Origin: Camelus dromedarius
Lineage: Eukaryota
Direction of reading: 5' to 3'
NCBI RefSeq assembly: GCF_036321535.1
Contig: NC_087437.1
Location: 2,914,001-2,978,000 of the forward strand
DNA: 64,000 nt
Numbering within the stretch: the first letter of the stretch is position 1; every line of letters begins with the position of its first letter. The position numbers and the translations under genes were made by a program. Below are positions 1 to 12,352 of this stretch, one piece after another. The notes under the pieces were generated by a model. It was not told the origin of the DNA. It worked only from the letters and a program-made list of their open reading frames with translations, and did not search any database.

Positions 1-429
1 CACACTCGTCCTCTGCACGCTTTTCTCTGCACCTCTGTTCTCATGGGAGTCGGGCTCTGTAGGGAAATCTTTCCTTACTGTTAGCAGGGGCAGACGTTGG
101 TTATTACCCTGATGCAGGGGCCGTAAGTGCCAAGCAGGATAAATGAGGCTCATTTTCCGGGTAAAATTAAATTTGTGCAAGCCCAGTGTGTTCCTGAAAA
201 CGGCAGCAACGCAACTGAGGTTGTATCATGCACAAGCATCGAAAGCCCTTGCCCACCTTCCCAGTGGGAGAGGGGGATTGATGTGGTGTCACCTAGTTCC
301 GTGACTTTGATTACATTGTACCCAAAAGACAAGGTGTTTCTATTAAAGTTTATATTCTGGACTATTTTAAACATAGACAAAAGGGCACAGAAATAGTGAA
401 ATGAGTCCCCAGACAACAAAGTTTTTTAA

Positions 430-1955
430 AAAAGCTTTATTAATGTAATTGGTGTAGAGTACACAGGTCAGCCCCTGGGGACAGAGCAAGGGGGAGGAGA
501 AAGGGGAGCAGATGTGGAGGAACACACGGAATATTCAGCATGTTAATACTGACATAAAATTCAAAGCAACACAGTAGAAACCATCTGTCCTTTATTGAAC
601 ACCAACTATGGACCTAGCATAAGGAAATGACATAAAGCCAAGGCTGGTGAGTTAAAAAAAAAAGTAATTGGTGTAGAGTAACTTGCACATATTTAAGACT
701 TGAAGTTTGAACACACATACGGTTGTAAATACATTAACAAAATCCAAGATAATGAGCGTATTTCTTACATCCCGCCCCCAAGTCTTTCTGTAATCACTCT
801 CTGTGGACACTCCCTGCATTCTCTTCTCTTTTCCCTGTCTGCAGGCGACCCACGGCAGCTTTCTGTCACTGTAAATTTGCTTACATTTTCTAGAGGTTTA
901 TATAAATTTAATCATTATGCACTCATTTTAGTGTCTAATTTCTTTCACTCAGCATAATTATTTTGAGAGTCATCTATGTTGTGTGTATCAATGGGTCATT
1001 CCTTTTTCATTGATGAATAGTATTCCACTGTATGGATATACCAGAGTTTCTCTATCTAGTCACCAGTTGATGAACATTTGCATTGTTTCTCCCTGGTGGT
1101 TACTGCAAATAAATGTGGACATTGGTGTGAGTCTCTTTGGGGACGTATGCTTTCTTTCCTTTTGGGTAAGTCCTGGCATGAAATGACTGTATTGTATTTT
1201 AGGTGCCTGTTTTACCTGTTAAGAAATCGCTAACCTCTCTTCCAAAGCAGTTGTTGCGCTCTGCATTCCCACCAGCGGTGTTGGAGAGTTCTAGTTCCTC
1301 CATATTCTTGCCAACATTTGAAATGGTCAGTTTTTAAAGTTTTAGCCCCTCTAATAGATATGCAGTGATATCTAATTGAAATTTTATTTTCAATTTCATA
1401 TTTAAATTATAATTATGTTGATCATCGTTTATGTGCTTATTTGGCATCCATGTATCTTCCTTGATGAATTGTGTATTTATATCTCTTGCTCATTTTTAAA
1501 AAATTGGGTTGTTTGTTTTCTTGGTTTTTACTTTTTATAGTTCTTTATGTATTTTGATTTGTGTTCCTTATCAGAGATATACTTTGCAAATAATTCTCCC
1601 AATCTGTGGCTTGTCTTTTCATTCTCTTAATGGTGGTTTCCGAAGGGCAAGCATTTTGAATTTTTGTAAAAGGTCTGACTTATCAGTTGTCTCTTTCCTG
1701 GATCATGCTTTCAGTATCATGTCTAAGACATTTCTGCCTAACTCAAGATCACAAAGATTGTCTCCTATGTCTTCTTTAAGAATTTTTAGTTTGAGGTTTT
1801 ATGTTTAAGTCTATGTTCCATTTCAATTAATTTTTATGTATGGTGCAAGATTGAATCAAAATTCACTTCCTTTGCATAGCCAATAATGCTGGTAGCACTT
1901 GTTGGCAGGACGATCATTTTTCCAGTAAATTGCCTTTGCATTTTTGAGAATAATC
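430..1955 (-). mobile_element. Old L1 (L1MA/L1MB-like) 3'UTR and ORF2 3' end, interrupted at 462-663
   Basis: Antisense L1 3' motifs: 'ttctttcactcagcataat', 'gaatagtattccactgtatggatatacc', 'cattcccaccagcggtg', 'gatatactttgcaaataattctccc'. Confidence 0.8.
462..663 (+). mobile_element. Orphan retroposed insertion (LTR33-like fragment + unassigned DNA + A10)
   Basis: 17-bp direct repeat GTAATTGGTGTAGAGTA at 445-461 and 664-680; A10 at 654-663 directly before the second copy. Confidence 0.8.
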
Positions 1956-2866
1956 CTGGAAGAGTCAAGGAGAAGATGGCACTTGATCCAGACTTGGAAG
2001 GATATATAGTCCTGAGGGAGGCAGTCTCATGCCAGTGGCCTTTCAACTCCCACTTGGCCACATAAGGATGGGCCTTGGGCCTTAGCAAGAGTCAGCTGTG
2101 TGGGCTTATCACCTCATGTGGGACCATCCTTCCTGGTTTCAGGTGCAATGAGAAGCCTTGTCTCTGCTGAAAGTGTCACGTAACACCTGACCAGCCCCAC
2201 AGTTATATGTGTCCTCTATGAGGAAGGAAGGGTGAGTTTCCTTCCGCTGCACACAAGAGGGGTGCACACAGGCAGACTGTTGTGTATTGGCTGCACCGAG
2301 AGTCCCGTTGGCCACGAGGGACAGACATCCACTATTGAGCAATGTCTTCCCTATGTAAGGAAGGTGTGATTCCACCCAGTGTGTGACCGTGTTGTGTTTT
2401 CCTTGGCAACTCTGATAACAAAATGCCGTGGGTAGAGGGTTTAGAGTCCTCCACTGAGATTGGTAACCAGTGCATGGCGTTCTGCTCCCTTGGGATTAAT
2501 AACTGGTTTGTGGCATTTCCTTTACAACTAGGACTGGACCATAACATTTGGGTGAAAGGAAAGTTGATGGCCAGGAAGTTAGAGTGAAGAACTCACAGGG
2601 ACACAGAGCTGTGTGAGTGAGACCCTTAAGAACCTGGTACTAGAGATCTTTCTAAATGCATCTCCTCTTGTTACACGCAGGCTTAAAACCCTCCATTGGC
2701 TTCCCATCACCTGAGACAGATCTGACCTTGACCTATTCTGTATTATTCCCTCAGGTCTATTGTCCCAACTCAAGATTCAGATAAACCAAGTGGTTTCCAG
2801 CTTTCTCTGTCTAGTCCATAGGATTTGATACATCCTGGGAACCTCTTACTTCTCTTAGGACTCAGC

Positions 2867-3050
2867 CTTTTTTTTTTTTTTTTTTTTGGAAGAGTGATTT
2901 ACTTATTTATTTAGTTTTATGGTGGCAAGGGGTGGGTGGGAGGTAATTAGATTTATTTATTTATTTATTTTTAGAGGAGGTTCTGGAGATTGAACCCCGG
3001 ACCTTGTGCATGCCAAGCATGCACTCTACCACTTGAGCTGTACCCTCCGC
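2867..3050 (-). mobile_element. tRNA-Ala-derived SINE (camelid vic-1-like)
   Basis: Antisense tRNA-like head, aggtaattagatttatttat tail, T-tract; TSD CTCTTAGG(A/G)CTCAGC at 2852-2866 and 3051-3065. Confidence 0.9.
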
Positions 3051-3119
3051 CTCTTAGGGCTCAGCTTTTGAGCTTTCTTCAAACTCCAACTCTATGCACC
3101 TATAAGTTATGTTGCTAAT

Positions 3120-3759
3120 CAGGGTTGGTTACATAGTTTGCAGAGCCTAGTGGAAAACAAAACTGTGGGGTCCCTTGTTCAAGAAGTAGGAGGAAAGGCG
3201 CCATTAAAGGTACTACAATATAAAGCTTTCTCTTTTCTTTTATAGTCTCTTGACTTGTCTATTTGTTTTCTGTTTGCTATTTAAAGTCATTCTAAGTCAA
3301 GAAAATTTAAATTTGACAGTGTTAATGAACATGACCACTGCCTTCTTCCTGTTGTTTGGTGTGCCTGTGGTTAGAACTTTCGGTGTGGCCTCTTGGAGCT
3401 GTCAGCCATCCTTCCTCTACTCACTTACTCAACTGTAGATGGACAGTTTTACCATGTACTCACTCTGAGTCTCACTGAGTTCTCACACATTCTGAGTCCA
3501 CTGGAAGTAGTGGGTCCCAGGGCATTACAGATGCTGTGTATGAATGAGGTAGCAGGGAATGGTGGACATGCATGTCACACATACCTCCTTCTGCCCATGG
3601 ACATGCCATTGTTTCATGAAAATTCACTTACAAAATGCAGATCTGAAGATAAAATTACCAAGACTTTCAAGATAGTGACAGTAGAGCAAAGAACCCAGTC
3701 CTTCCTAGTGTGAAGCCCTGTGTGGCTGCATAGGTCACTCGCCCGTGGAGCCAGTCCTA
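3120..3759 (-). mobile_element. MER45-family hAT-Tip100 DNA transposon fossil
   Basis: Ends resemble MER45 termini (cagggttggttacatagtttgcagagcc ... gtggagccagtcct); degenerate 8-bp TSD ttgctaat/gtggtaat. Confidence 0.7.
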
Positions 3760-3834
3760 GTGGTAATTCAGAGCATATAATACAATAATCATTGTATCAT
3801 AAATGCCTGATATTGTAGTTGAGTTCTGGGAAGT

Positions 3835-4347
3835 TGCACTACTCAGGTTCTCCAGAGAAACAGAATCTATCTACCTATTAATCTGTCAACTTATCAATCA
3901 ATCCATCTGTTCATCCATCCATCTATTCATCTATCTATCCACCCATCCATCCATCCATCTATTCGTCCATTCATCCACCCACCCACCCATCCATCCATCC
4001 ATCTATCCGTCCATCCATCTATTGGTCCATCTATCCATCCATATATTTGTCTATCCATCCATCTATCCATGCATCCATGCATGCATCCATCCATCCATAC
4101 ATCTATCCATCTATTCATCCATCTATCCACCCATCTATTTGTTCATCCTTCCATCTATCTATTCATCCATTCATCTATCTATGTATCTATATGCTGGGGA
4201 CCCAGGGAAGAGTTGATGTTGCAACTCAAGTCTTACAGCAGTCTGGAAGCAGAATTCCTTCTTCCTTGGGGGACCTCATTTGAACTATTTGAGCAAAAGC
4301 TGAGTGTCATAGCCTAGCCAAGTTGACATGTGCTGTCAGTAATCATG
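3835..4347 (-). mobile_element. MLT2-family ERVL solo LTR with internal (TCCA)n expansion
   Basis: 'gttctccagagaaacagaa' and 'agcctagccaagttgaca' MLT2 terminal motifs. Confidence 0.75.
3870..4190. repeat. Degenerate (TCCA/TCTA)n tetranucleotide repeat
   Basis: Directly visible catccatccatc array. Confidence 0.95.
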
Positions 4348-4349
4348 GA

Positions 4350-4722
4350 AGTAGGCTTGGAAAGATATCAGTGTGCAGGAGGTTTATTAAGGAGCTCTTT
4401 GGGATCAATATTTGTGGGAAGGAAGGGAAGGATGCAGGATTGGTCAGAGGAAGAAAGCGAGCCATAATATAGCCTCAGTGTCAGCCAACCCATGGGAAAC
4501 TCTGAGGAGAAGTGACCCAGTTTGGAGAATGGGGGCTATGCCTTTGTATGCTTAAGTTGATCCATTATTGGATATGAACCCCCACGAGTAGGCATGACCA
4601 TGAGCAAGAGGATTCTCTTCAATCCCCATGCTCCCTCTAAGGGACTGACCTACTTCTGGCAGCAGGAGCAGTAGTCTTGACACCAAAGGGGGATCTGGGT
4701 GCCACACAACAACATCTACTAT
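4350..4722 (-). mobile_element. LTR16-like (LTR16C) ERVL solo LTR
   Basis: 'gtgtgcaggaggtttattaaggag', 'caggattggtcagaggaaga', terminal 'gggggatctgggtgccacacaacaacatctacta'. Confidence 0.65.
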
Positions 4723-4819
4723 GCTTACCCCCCCCTTTCCTGTCGCCTTCGCACCCCGGCACCTGCCTCCCTCCCCACAGACAACATCATTTTGAAGATC
4801 AGCATTTCCTTGCACTTCT

Positions 4820-4895
4820 TCTGTATTTCCAACACATAGCCCATTGTCTGGCACAGAGCAGGGCACTCAGGAAAACTTTGTTAAACAAATCAACA
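4820..4895 (+). mobile_element. L2 3' terminal fragment
   Basis: 'gtctggcacagagcagggcactcaggaaaactttgttaaac'. Confidence 0.55.
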
Positions 4896-4927
4896 AAGAT
4901 CTTGAGCAAAAAAAATAAATTGTCCCC

Positions 4928-4995
4928 ATTTTTATTTTTTGATTACTTATTTTTTTAATGGAGGTTCAGGGGACTGAACCCAGGACCTTGTGCAT
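4928..4995 (-). mobile_element. vic-1-like SINE, 5'-truncated
   Basis: 'ttttaatggaggttcaggggactgaacccaggaccttgtgcat'; head missing. Confidence 0.8.
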
Positions 4996-5069
4996 AGTGA
5001 TCTCCTCTAACATAAAGGAGAGAGAGACGAGGATGACCGTGAATGCTTGTACGGCTTTTCCCAGTTTCC

Positions 5070-5210
5070 ACAGCTCTTTCACGTTTGTCTCACTTAGACT
5101 GCACCACATCTTGGTGAGGTAGGGGAGGACTGTTCTCATTTTCTAGATGGAGAAACTGAGGCTTGGAGAAACAAAATGGCTTGCATAGAACCACAGAGTC
5201 AGTGAGTGGC
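5070..5210 (-). mobile_element. MIR fragment
   Basis: Core 'catttt ctagatggagaaactgaggc'. Confidence 0.7.
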
Positions 5211-6024
5211 TTTTGCCAGATTTCCTTGGCCACAGCGTGGAGCGATCATGCTGGGTCAGCTAAGGGCATCCCATCCTTCTGCTCTGGCTGTCATAGTGGT
5301 GCTCTGATGCCGGGCCTTCCTTAAGCTGCTCTAAAGATGCTACTGCCGTGTGTTTCCAGTAGCAGCAGGAGTTAAGAGAGAGCCACCTCCTGGACTTTCC
5401 TGTGACTGCTGGTGTCAGCAATGGTTTAGGTGACCTCCTCAGGGATGGAACTAGTCCCTTGTCCTCTTCACTTAACTACCCAAGCTAACTGGCTACCGAT
5501 AAGACAGGGTCAGGCTTGAGGCTGTTAAGAGGAGAGAGATTTGCAAGAGCTCTTCTTGAACAGTTTCTCCTTTTACCTCCATGGTGCTGACCTTTAAAAA
5601 CTCCTGCAGACCATCGGATGAAAATAAAAATAGCCTTTCTTGGCATTGAATAATCTGATTTCCCTTGACAAAGAGGTCATAGATTCCCCTCTTTGGATGG
5701 TTTCTTCTTTTTGATTAACTAGCCAAATCCGTTGAGAAAAGAGTGTTCAACTCTTTGGAGGGAAAAAATGGAAGTGTTTAGGTAAAGGACATCTTTTTTT
5801 AAAGCTCCAAAAGTGACCTCCATTTGATCTTATAGAACCCATAAAGTATAGATCTGTGGGTTGAAATGATAGCAGTAGAACTAAACTCTATTTTTTGAAA
5901 GCAAATAAGATGTACCAGATATGTCTTCTGGTGCTTGAGTGTGCTCTTAACAAGGAAATTAAAACCAAAAGTCAAGAGCCCATTCCTCAGAGCTCTTAAA
6001 GCTGTCTGTGATGTAATGGGAAAC

Positions 6025-6170
6025 CAGCAGATTCAGGTACAAGTGGACTTTAATCTATTTACTAGCTCTGTGACTCTAAACCTTAGTTCCTTAACTATCA
6101 AAGGAGAATGAAAATATATGCCTAACTGAATTACTGCTCAGGTTAGAAAAAATGCAAGTGAAAGTTCTCT
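6025..6170 (+). mobile_element. MIR fragment
   Basis: 'tttactagctctgtgactctaaaccttagttccttaactatcaaa'. Confidence 0.55.
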
Positions 6171-6241
6171 TCAAATAGGAACGTGATTTTCACTAAAGTA
6201 CTTTACTAGTTCGAGCGTAAATAAGCATGAAAACAGACTTC

Positions 6242-6394
6242 TTTTTAATTTTTTTTTTCAGTTTTTTTTGGGGGAGATGGAGATAATTAGGTTTATTTAT
6301 TTATCTACTTTTTGGAGGAGGTACTGGGGATTGAACCCAGGACCTCACGCATGCTAAGCGAGCACTTTACCCCTGAGCTGAACCCCTAGCCCCC
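6242..6394 (-). mobile_element. vic-1-like SINE
   Basis: 'taattaggtttatttat...gaggtactggggattgaacccaggacctcacgcatgctaagc'. Confidence 0.9.
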
Positions 6395-7060
6395 AGGTGA
6401 CTATCTTTTGATAAGTAGATTTCATGTGCCATTTGCACATTTTTTGTTATAAAGTATCTGTTCAAATATTTTGCCCGTTTTTAAAAATTGGGTTGTTTGT
6501 CCCTGACGGCTTTTAAAAATAAAGCAGAAGAGAAAGTATCAGAGAGTGTTGCATGTGCTATACTTTGTTTCATTAAACTTACTTCAAGATATATACACAT
6601 AACCAACCACATGCACATGTTTTTATATATATACACACAGCATTGCAATGTTACATGCATCTATTATCACTTAATACAAGATTTCTTCTCAAGTGATAAA
6701 AATATTCTTGGTATTTTCAGCCCATTGAAAGTTGAGTTTTCTAATGCTTGCAGCTGGAAGCCTGTCTGTCTGCTTATACATCCATAGTTCTTCCCTGGGA
6801 CGACCTCTTCACATCCCACTTCTTACATTATGCATGGATTTGGACGTGTGCATTTGCATAAACATACAGGAGACCGTTCATTTTGCTCGGCTGATTGCGA
6901 AGTGTGTGATTGCTGAAAAGTGTAAGTCATCTCTAGCTGTTGACATTTGGGTTCGTAAGTGTAGGTGAACTTCCCTTTGGCAATAGAGCCTCAGCAGAAC
7001 CTGGGGTCTGCCAGCCACAGGGATGGCCTTTCTCTCCCATCTCGTCTCCATGAGAAAAGC

Positions 7061-7178
7061 CATATTTCCTAAAGGAATCCTTGCGCAGGTCCCAAAGGAG
7101 TCAAGTCTGTGTGTGGAAGCAGGAAATTGGAGGCAGCCTGGTTTATTCATTAGGGAAATTAAGAAATTAAATGTAAAC
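7061..7178 (+). repeat. Inverted local copy of 15357-15487 (old L1-derived)
   Basis: 7120-7167 is the exact reverse complement of 15366-15413; flanks are similar with one indel. Confidence 0.9.
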
Positions 7179-7405
7179 CCAGCCACAATGGGTTCTGTCT
7201 ACTCTGAACTCCAAGCTCAGGGCCTTTACAGGGGGGCTCTGACCTGCCTGAACACCCCTCCTCCCTACTGCCAAGCTACATCTTGACCATTTTGGGGTCT
7301 CAGCTTAGGATCCCCTCCACAAACAGGCTTTTCTTGATGGTGAACTTTGTCCCCTTATTCCCCTGTCTCAGAGAATCCTCTTTTTTTTTTTTTTTCCTCT
7401 TTACA

Positions 7406-7585
7406 GCAGAGGCTCTCAGTGTGGAGTGGAGAAGGGGAATTTTGCCCTTTTGCCCACACCTCGAGACATTTGGCAATGTCTAGAGACATCTTCAGCAACT
7501 TCGTTGGAGAGAGTGCTCCTGGCATCTCTTGGGTAAAGGCCAGAGATGCTGGTAAACATCCTGTGTGCCGCGGACAGGTCCCCAG
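7406..7585 (+). mobile_element. MER20 hAT-Charlie fossil (partial)
   Basis: 'gacatttggcaatgtctagagacat', 'aggccagagatgctggtaaacatcctg'. Confidence 0.8.
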
Positions 7586-7594
7586 TGGGCAGTG

Positions 7595-8010
7595 TATGCT
7601 TGTCTAATGTCTGTCTCCCTCACTAGACTGAAAGGGATGGTAACTGGTTTGTCTTTCCACTCCCAGGTTATAACATATTGCAGGTTGTGTAGAAGGTGCT
7701 CACAAAGTTTTGTTCAGTGAATAAGATAATCCCCAATGTAATTCACTCACACATACTCATTTACTAAGTGTCAGGCACTGGCAAACCAAGATGAATAGAC
7801 ACCAGATCACATTTATATTTATCTTTTGGGTCATTTATTGTATTTACTATGCACATATTGAGCTAAGTCTCCTATGTAATTCTCCCGTGTATGCTTGACA
7901 AGAACCCTACAAGGTGGGTGGGTTATTATTTATCATCATTTTCCTCTGGATAAGACCCAGAGGGGGTAGTCGATTTGCCCAATAACACACAGCAAGCAAG
8001 TGGAGGAGCC
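7595..8010. mobile_element. L2 3' fragments and a MIR fragment
   Basis: 'tctgtctccctcactagactgaa', 'ggtgctcacaaagttttgttcagtgaat', MIR-like 'gatttgcccaataacacacagc'. Confidence 0.55.
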
Positions 8011-8082
8011 AGAAGGCTACTTGGGCTGCACTGAATTAGCTCTTTCCAAACCATATCATGCTGTTGATTGCTTTTGAATTTG

Positions 8083-8700
8083 CTGTCAGCCAAGACTTGG
8101 CAGTTTTGTTTTATCAGCTGCTGTTGTTGGCACCAAAATGCAAAAACCCTGAGAGGTAAGAGGGCTTGGGTATACTGTAACCGTTTTAAGAATGAGGAAA
8201 AGGGGGGAAGGAAGAGCGGCTGACCTGTCCCAGGACGCAGAAAGAGGTAAAACCAAGAGAGGAAACAATAAGTCGAAGATCACAAGCCAAAGACGGGAAG
8301 GCACAGACCTGGGGTGGAACAAGCTGGGTTTACTGGTGTTTGTCTCAGCAGGGGAGGACACACGGTGGGGAACGAGGGGTGTTTCTGTACGTGGAGCTTG
8401 TTAACAGGATTGGGCTGGGATTGGGAGCGCTGGGGGAGGCTTCAGGGAAGCATCCTGGGTTGAATGCTCTTAGGAGAGATTTCAGATAGCTACAACTGCG
8501 TATTTTAATGCCTTTTATTCAGGAGGTAGGAGGAATAGAGTGCGGATAAAGCTGTCATTGATAAATGTGCGGCAGGCTCTCACTTGAGCCATGGCAGCAG
8601 GTTATTTCTGGGGCTTGCACACCATCCTGGAGAGGTCCTGTTTTTGTCTTCGGCGCGAGTCACCTTGTGAGGTGTTCATGTTCTGTGAAATTGCTAACTA
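8083..8700. mobile_element. Possible ancient ERV LTR, family unassigned
   Basis: LTR-like composition starting 'tgtcagcc'; no TSD confirmed. Confidence 0.3.
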
Positions 8701-9564
8701 GAGGATCCGGGCTCTTCCTGTGAGTGCCAGCCAGCCAAAGGCGGCAGCTGCCAGCAGCTGCGTGTTTTTCTTTCTGAAAGGTCTTGGTACGTCTAATTCA
8801 GTGATTTCACTGACTACACTGCCGCCGACACGCAGTCTTCCTGGTGCTGTGTCCAGGCGCACAGGTTTCCAAGACGGGGCCACGTGAGTGGGGGCGGGGG
8901 TGTGTGTGTTATGATTTGCCCCCAATCTCACTGCCAGGCCAGCAGCACACCGGTCCTTCCAGCTGTTCCCAACACGCAGTCCTCAGTGCCTAAGCCTTCT
9001 CTCCTCCTGATCAAAACTTGCTGCCCTGGGAGACTTGAAACGGACACTCCTTGGATGATAAATGATGGATAACATCCCCAGAGCCCCTTTGCAAAAACAA
9101 GGTATCAACGTTGTATCGTCTCCCGAGGACTGTGGAATTCTCACCAGGTTATTTTTCAAAGTCTTTTATTTTCATCAGACAGGTGACAAATGCTCACTAA
9201 AGGAGAAATAAATAGAATCGTAAAAATTCAAAATAAGTCTTTTAGAATCTCACCACCTGAAGAAAAACACCATCAATATTTTTGAGCATTTTCTACCAGA
9301 ACTTTCTCTATGCCTAATATTGTGTGAGGTGCGTGTGTGTGTGAGGTATGTGTGTGTGTGTGTGTACTGCTTGCATCAGACTCACTCTATAATTTTTGTC
9401 CTGTTGTTTTTATTGACTATTAGTAAATAAGCTGCAATAACACTGTGTGACATGAGTGACATGATTTTTAATATTTACTTGATACTCCATCATATGGTGA
9501 TGCTAAATTTGTTTAATATTTTAATTTGGGGGCATCTCCATCGGTCTCATTTTAAACAACTATA

Positions 9565-9897
9565 CAGTTACCCCTCAGTCTTTGTGGAGGATTGGCTCCA
9601 GGAGCACCTCCCCTCTAAACCTGGAGATGCGCAAGTCCCTTGTATAAAACGGTGTAGCATTTGCATATAACCCACACACATCCTCCCGGGTACTTTAAAT
9701 CATCCCTAGGTAACTCATAATTCCTAACACAATGTACATGCTGTGTAAATAATTGTAAAGACAATGGAAATGCTATGTAAATTGTTGCCGGCACTGCAAA
9801 CTCAAGCTTTGCCTTTTGGAACTTTGTGGATTTTTTCTCATATGCTTTCGATCTGCTGTTGGTTGAATCCCTGGATGCAGATACAGGGGGCTGACTG
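9565..9897 (+). mobile_element. MER2 TcMar-Tigger MITE
   Basis: TA|cagttacccctc ... gggggctgactg|TA inverted termini; 'agtcccttgtataaaacggtgtagcatttgcatataacc'. Confidence 0.9.
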
Positions 9898-10038
9898 TAA
9901 TGAGCGATCCTGTGATAAATGTCCTGGCGCAGAAACCTTGCTGCATGTCTGTGTTGTGAGACTCACTGCCTGTACTGGGATGGGTAAAATAGGATATAAA
10001 GTCTGTTAACATATAGTATTAAATGTGGACAGTTATAT

Positions 10039-10649
10039 TGTTGCAGGGAAATGGGGCACAAGAGGGTGGCTGTGTCCCAGGTTCCAAGCGGGTCTCTGGG
10101 ATGGGTCCTTGGCTTTGTGCAGGAAAGAATTCAAGGGCAAACCATAGTTGAGTAGAAGTGATTTATTCACAGAGATATGTACTCCATAGACAGAGTGCAG
10201 GCTGTCCCAGGAGAGTGAGAGGCAGGGAGAGAGAGAGGGAGAGGCTTAGGAGATACACTCTCCATAGGCTGACGCGGGCTGCCTCACTCGGAAGGGAGAG
10301 CGGCCCCCGGGTTTGGGGTGGCCAGGTTTTCTCTGCAGGGTAATTTCATACGCTAACAAGTGGGAGGATTATTCCAGCTACTGTGGGGCAGGGGTGGGGA
10401 GTCCCAGGAATTGGGCCCCTGCCCACTCTTTGGCCTTTTGTGGCCAGACTGGGCACAGTCCTGGTGCCTGTGGGCGTGTTATTTAGCAGCTAATGTATTT
10501 CAGTGAGCCTATAATGAAGCTCAAGGTCCACTGGGAGCTGCATCTTGTGCCATCTTGGGCCTGGTTGGTTCTGACCAGTTTATGTTCGGTCCTCAATGGC
10601 TGTGTCGTTCTTTTAATGGTCGTGCCCTGCCCTCTTCCCTCCTGTCTCA
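10039..10649 (-). mobile_element. MER41-like ERV1 solo LTR
   Basis: TG...CA ends, 4-bp TSD atat/acat, 'gcaggaaagaattcaagggc...tttattc'; paralogous to 62321-62837 and 38057-38402. Confidence 0.85.
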
Positions 10650-10791
10650 ACATTTTGAGAATAAAAGCCTAGGCTAAAGGAATGACAATTTTGAGTGAAA
10701 TTAGGTATTGGGCAGCTGTTTGGTGGGGGGAGAAGTGATGGGAGGCCTAAGTTTTTCTGAAAAGCATCTCATTCTTTCTCTTCCACACCAG

Positions 10792-10866
10792 GCTGACCCT
10801 GCTGTTCAGAAGGTCGCTGGAGGGAATCCAGCAGACCAGGAGGCAGAGGGGCTGCAGACCTAGAAG
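10792..10866 (+). other. Candidate 75-nt exon, unknown transcript
   Basis: Polypyrimidine tract + CAG acceptor, purine-rich body, AAG|GTAAAA donor; no homology recognised. Confidence 0.25.
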
Positions 10867-11674
10867 GTAAAAGAGGAGACACCAAAGATTCATCCTGAAA
10901 GCAGTGTCCTTGCCTTAATTCAGTCGCCCCTAAGGGAGGGTTGCTTTGAGCTGCTGGCAGAGCTGAGGGCCACGGTGAGGAGCCCAGTCCCTCACCCGAG
11001 GCTGTTGAATTGAGGAGAGTGACTGGTGCTCCTTAGCGTTTGCCCAAAATGAGTCACAGCAGAAGGGAAACACACAGCGGCATGTCAGGTCTAAGCTGCA
11101 ATTCGTGTCAGGGCCTAAGCTCTCATTCTCAGCTGCTTCTTATCCAAGACACCTTAATTCCCCCTTGCTCCCTGGTGAGGCATTAACTGTACAGTTTGAG
11201 GGAGCTGCTGAACTCTGGGTGCCACCAGAGGAGAAACTCACTGGTGAATTCTTTCTTTTCTGGGTGGCAATTCTCTCTCTTGTGACCTCTACTGTTAAGA
11301 ATCCTGGGCAAAGCTCTATTGAAAGCCTGCTGTTGCTTGGTACAGGCTTTAGTATCTTAAACGAAAGGTGCAAACCCAAATGGTATGACTTTCAGATGGC
11401 CACTGGCAGGGGGGAAAGCTGGGAGGACTTGGCACTTCTTGGGGAGCTGGGAGCCGGAGGGCAGGCAGGTTATGAACCAGAGAGGTGGAGGCAGGCATTC
11501 TGCCAAGATGGGGGAAAGTCACTGCTGTGGAACACTGACAGCTTCTTAGGCAGGGCTTCAAATCCCCTGGTGGAAGGGGTGTAACAGGCAAATTGGTTAC
11601 CAAATGTGATACTTCAAGAAAGAGAAGGAAGGAAGGGAGCGAGGGAGGGAGGGAGAGAGGAAGGAAGGGAGGAA

Positions 11675-11880
11675 GCTAATATTTATCAAGCCTCTGTTAA
11701 TTACTAGGAGCCTGCCTGGCACTGACCTGGCACTTTCTTATTTATCCCCCAAACCTGCCTTATGAGACAGGTGTGTAAATAATATGAAAACTCTCCTTTA
11801 ATGTGAGGAAGTTGAGTTTCAGAGGGCTTCGCTGCTTGCTGAGGTCACAGAGCTGGCTGGGGTGGGAACCAGGATGCGGA
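11675..11880 (-). mobile_element. MIR fragment
   Basis: 'atgtgaggaagttgagtttcagagggcttcgctgcttgctgaggtcacagagc'. Confidence 0.65.
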
Positions 11881-11929
11881 AGCAAGGCTGATGCCTCTGT
11901 CACAGAAATAATGTACATAGAAATGCAGT

Positions 11930-12145
11930 GGAGGGGGGTGGGGCACAGCTCAGTTGTAGAGCGCATGCTTAGCATGCACAAGGTCCTGGGTTCAATCCCC
12001 AGTACCTCCGCTAACAACAACAACAACAACAACAACAAAAGAGAGAGATAGAGGAAAGAAAGAAAGGAAGGAAGGAAGGAAGAAAGGAAGGAAGGAAGGA
12101 AGAAAGGAAGGAAGGAAGGAAGGAAGGAAGGAAGGAAGGAAGGAA

Positions 12146-12198
<53 letters not shown>

Positions 12199-12275
12199 GA
12201 AGAAAGAAAGAAAGAAAGAAAGGAAGAAAGGAAGAAAGGAAGAAAGAAAGAAAGAAAGAAAGAAAGAGAAAGAAA

Positions 12276-12351
<76 letters not shown>

Positions 12352-12352
12352 A
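11930..12352 (+). mobile_element. vic-1-like SINE with an expanded microsatellite tail
   Basis: Head 'agctcagttgtagagcgcatgcttagcatgcacaaggtcctgggttcaatcccc'; TSD AAATGCAGT at 11921-11929 and 12353-12361. Confidence 0.9.
12013..12352. repeat. Compound microsatellite (AAC)n-(AG)n-(AAGG)n-(AAAG)n
   Basis: Directly visible. Confidence 0.97.
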
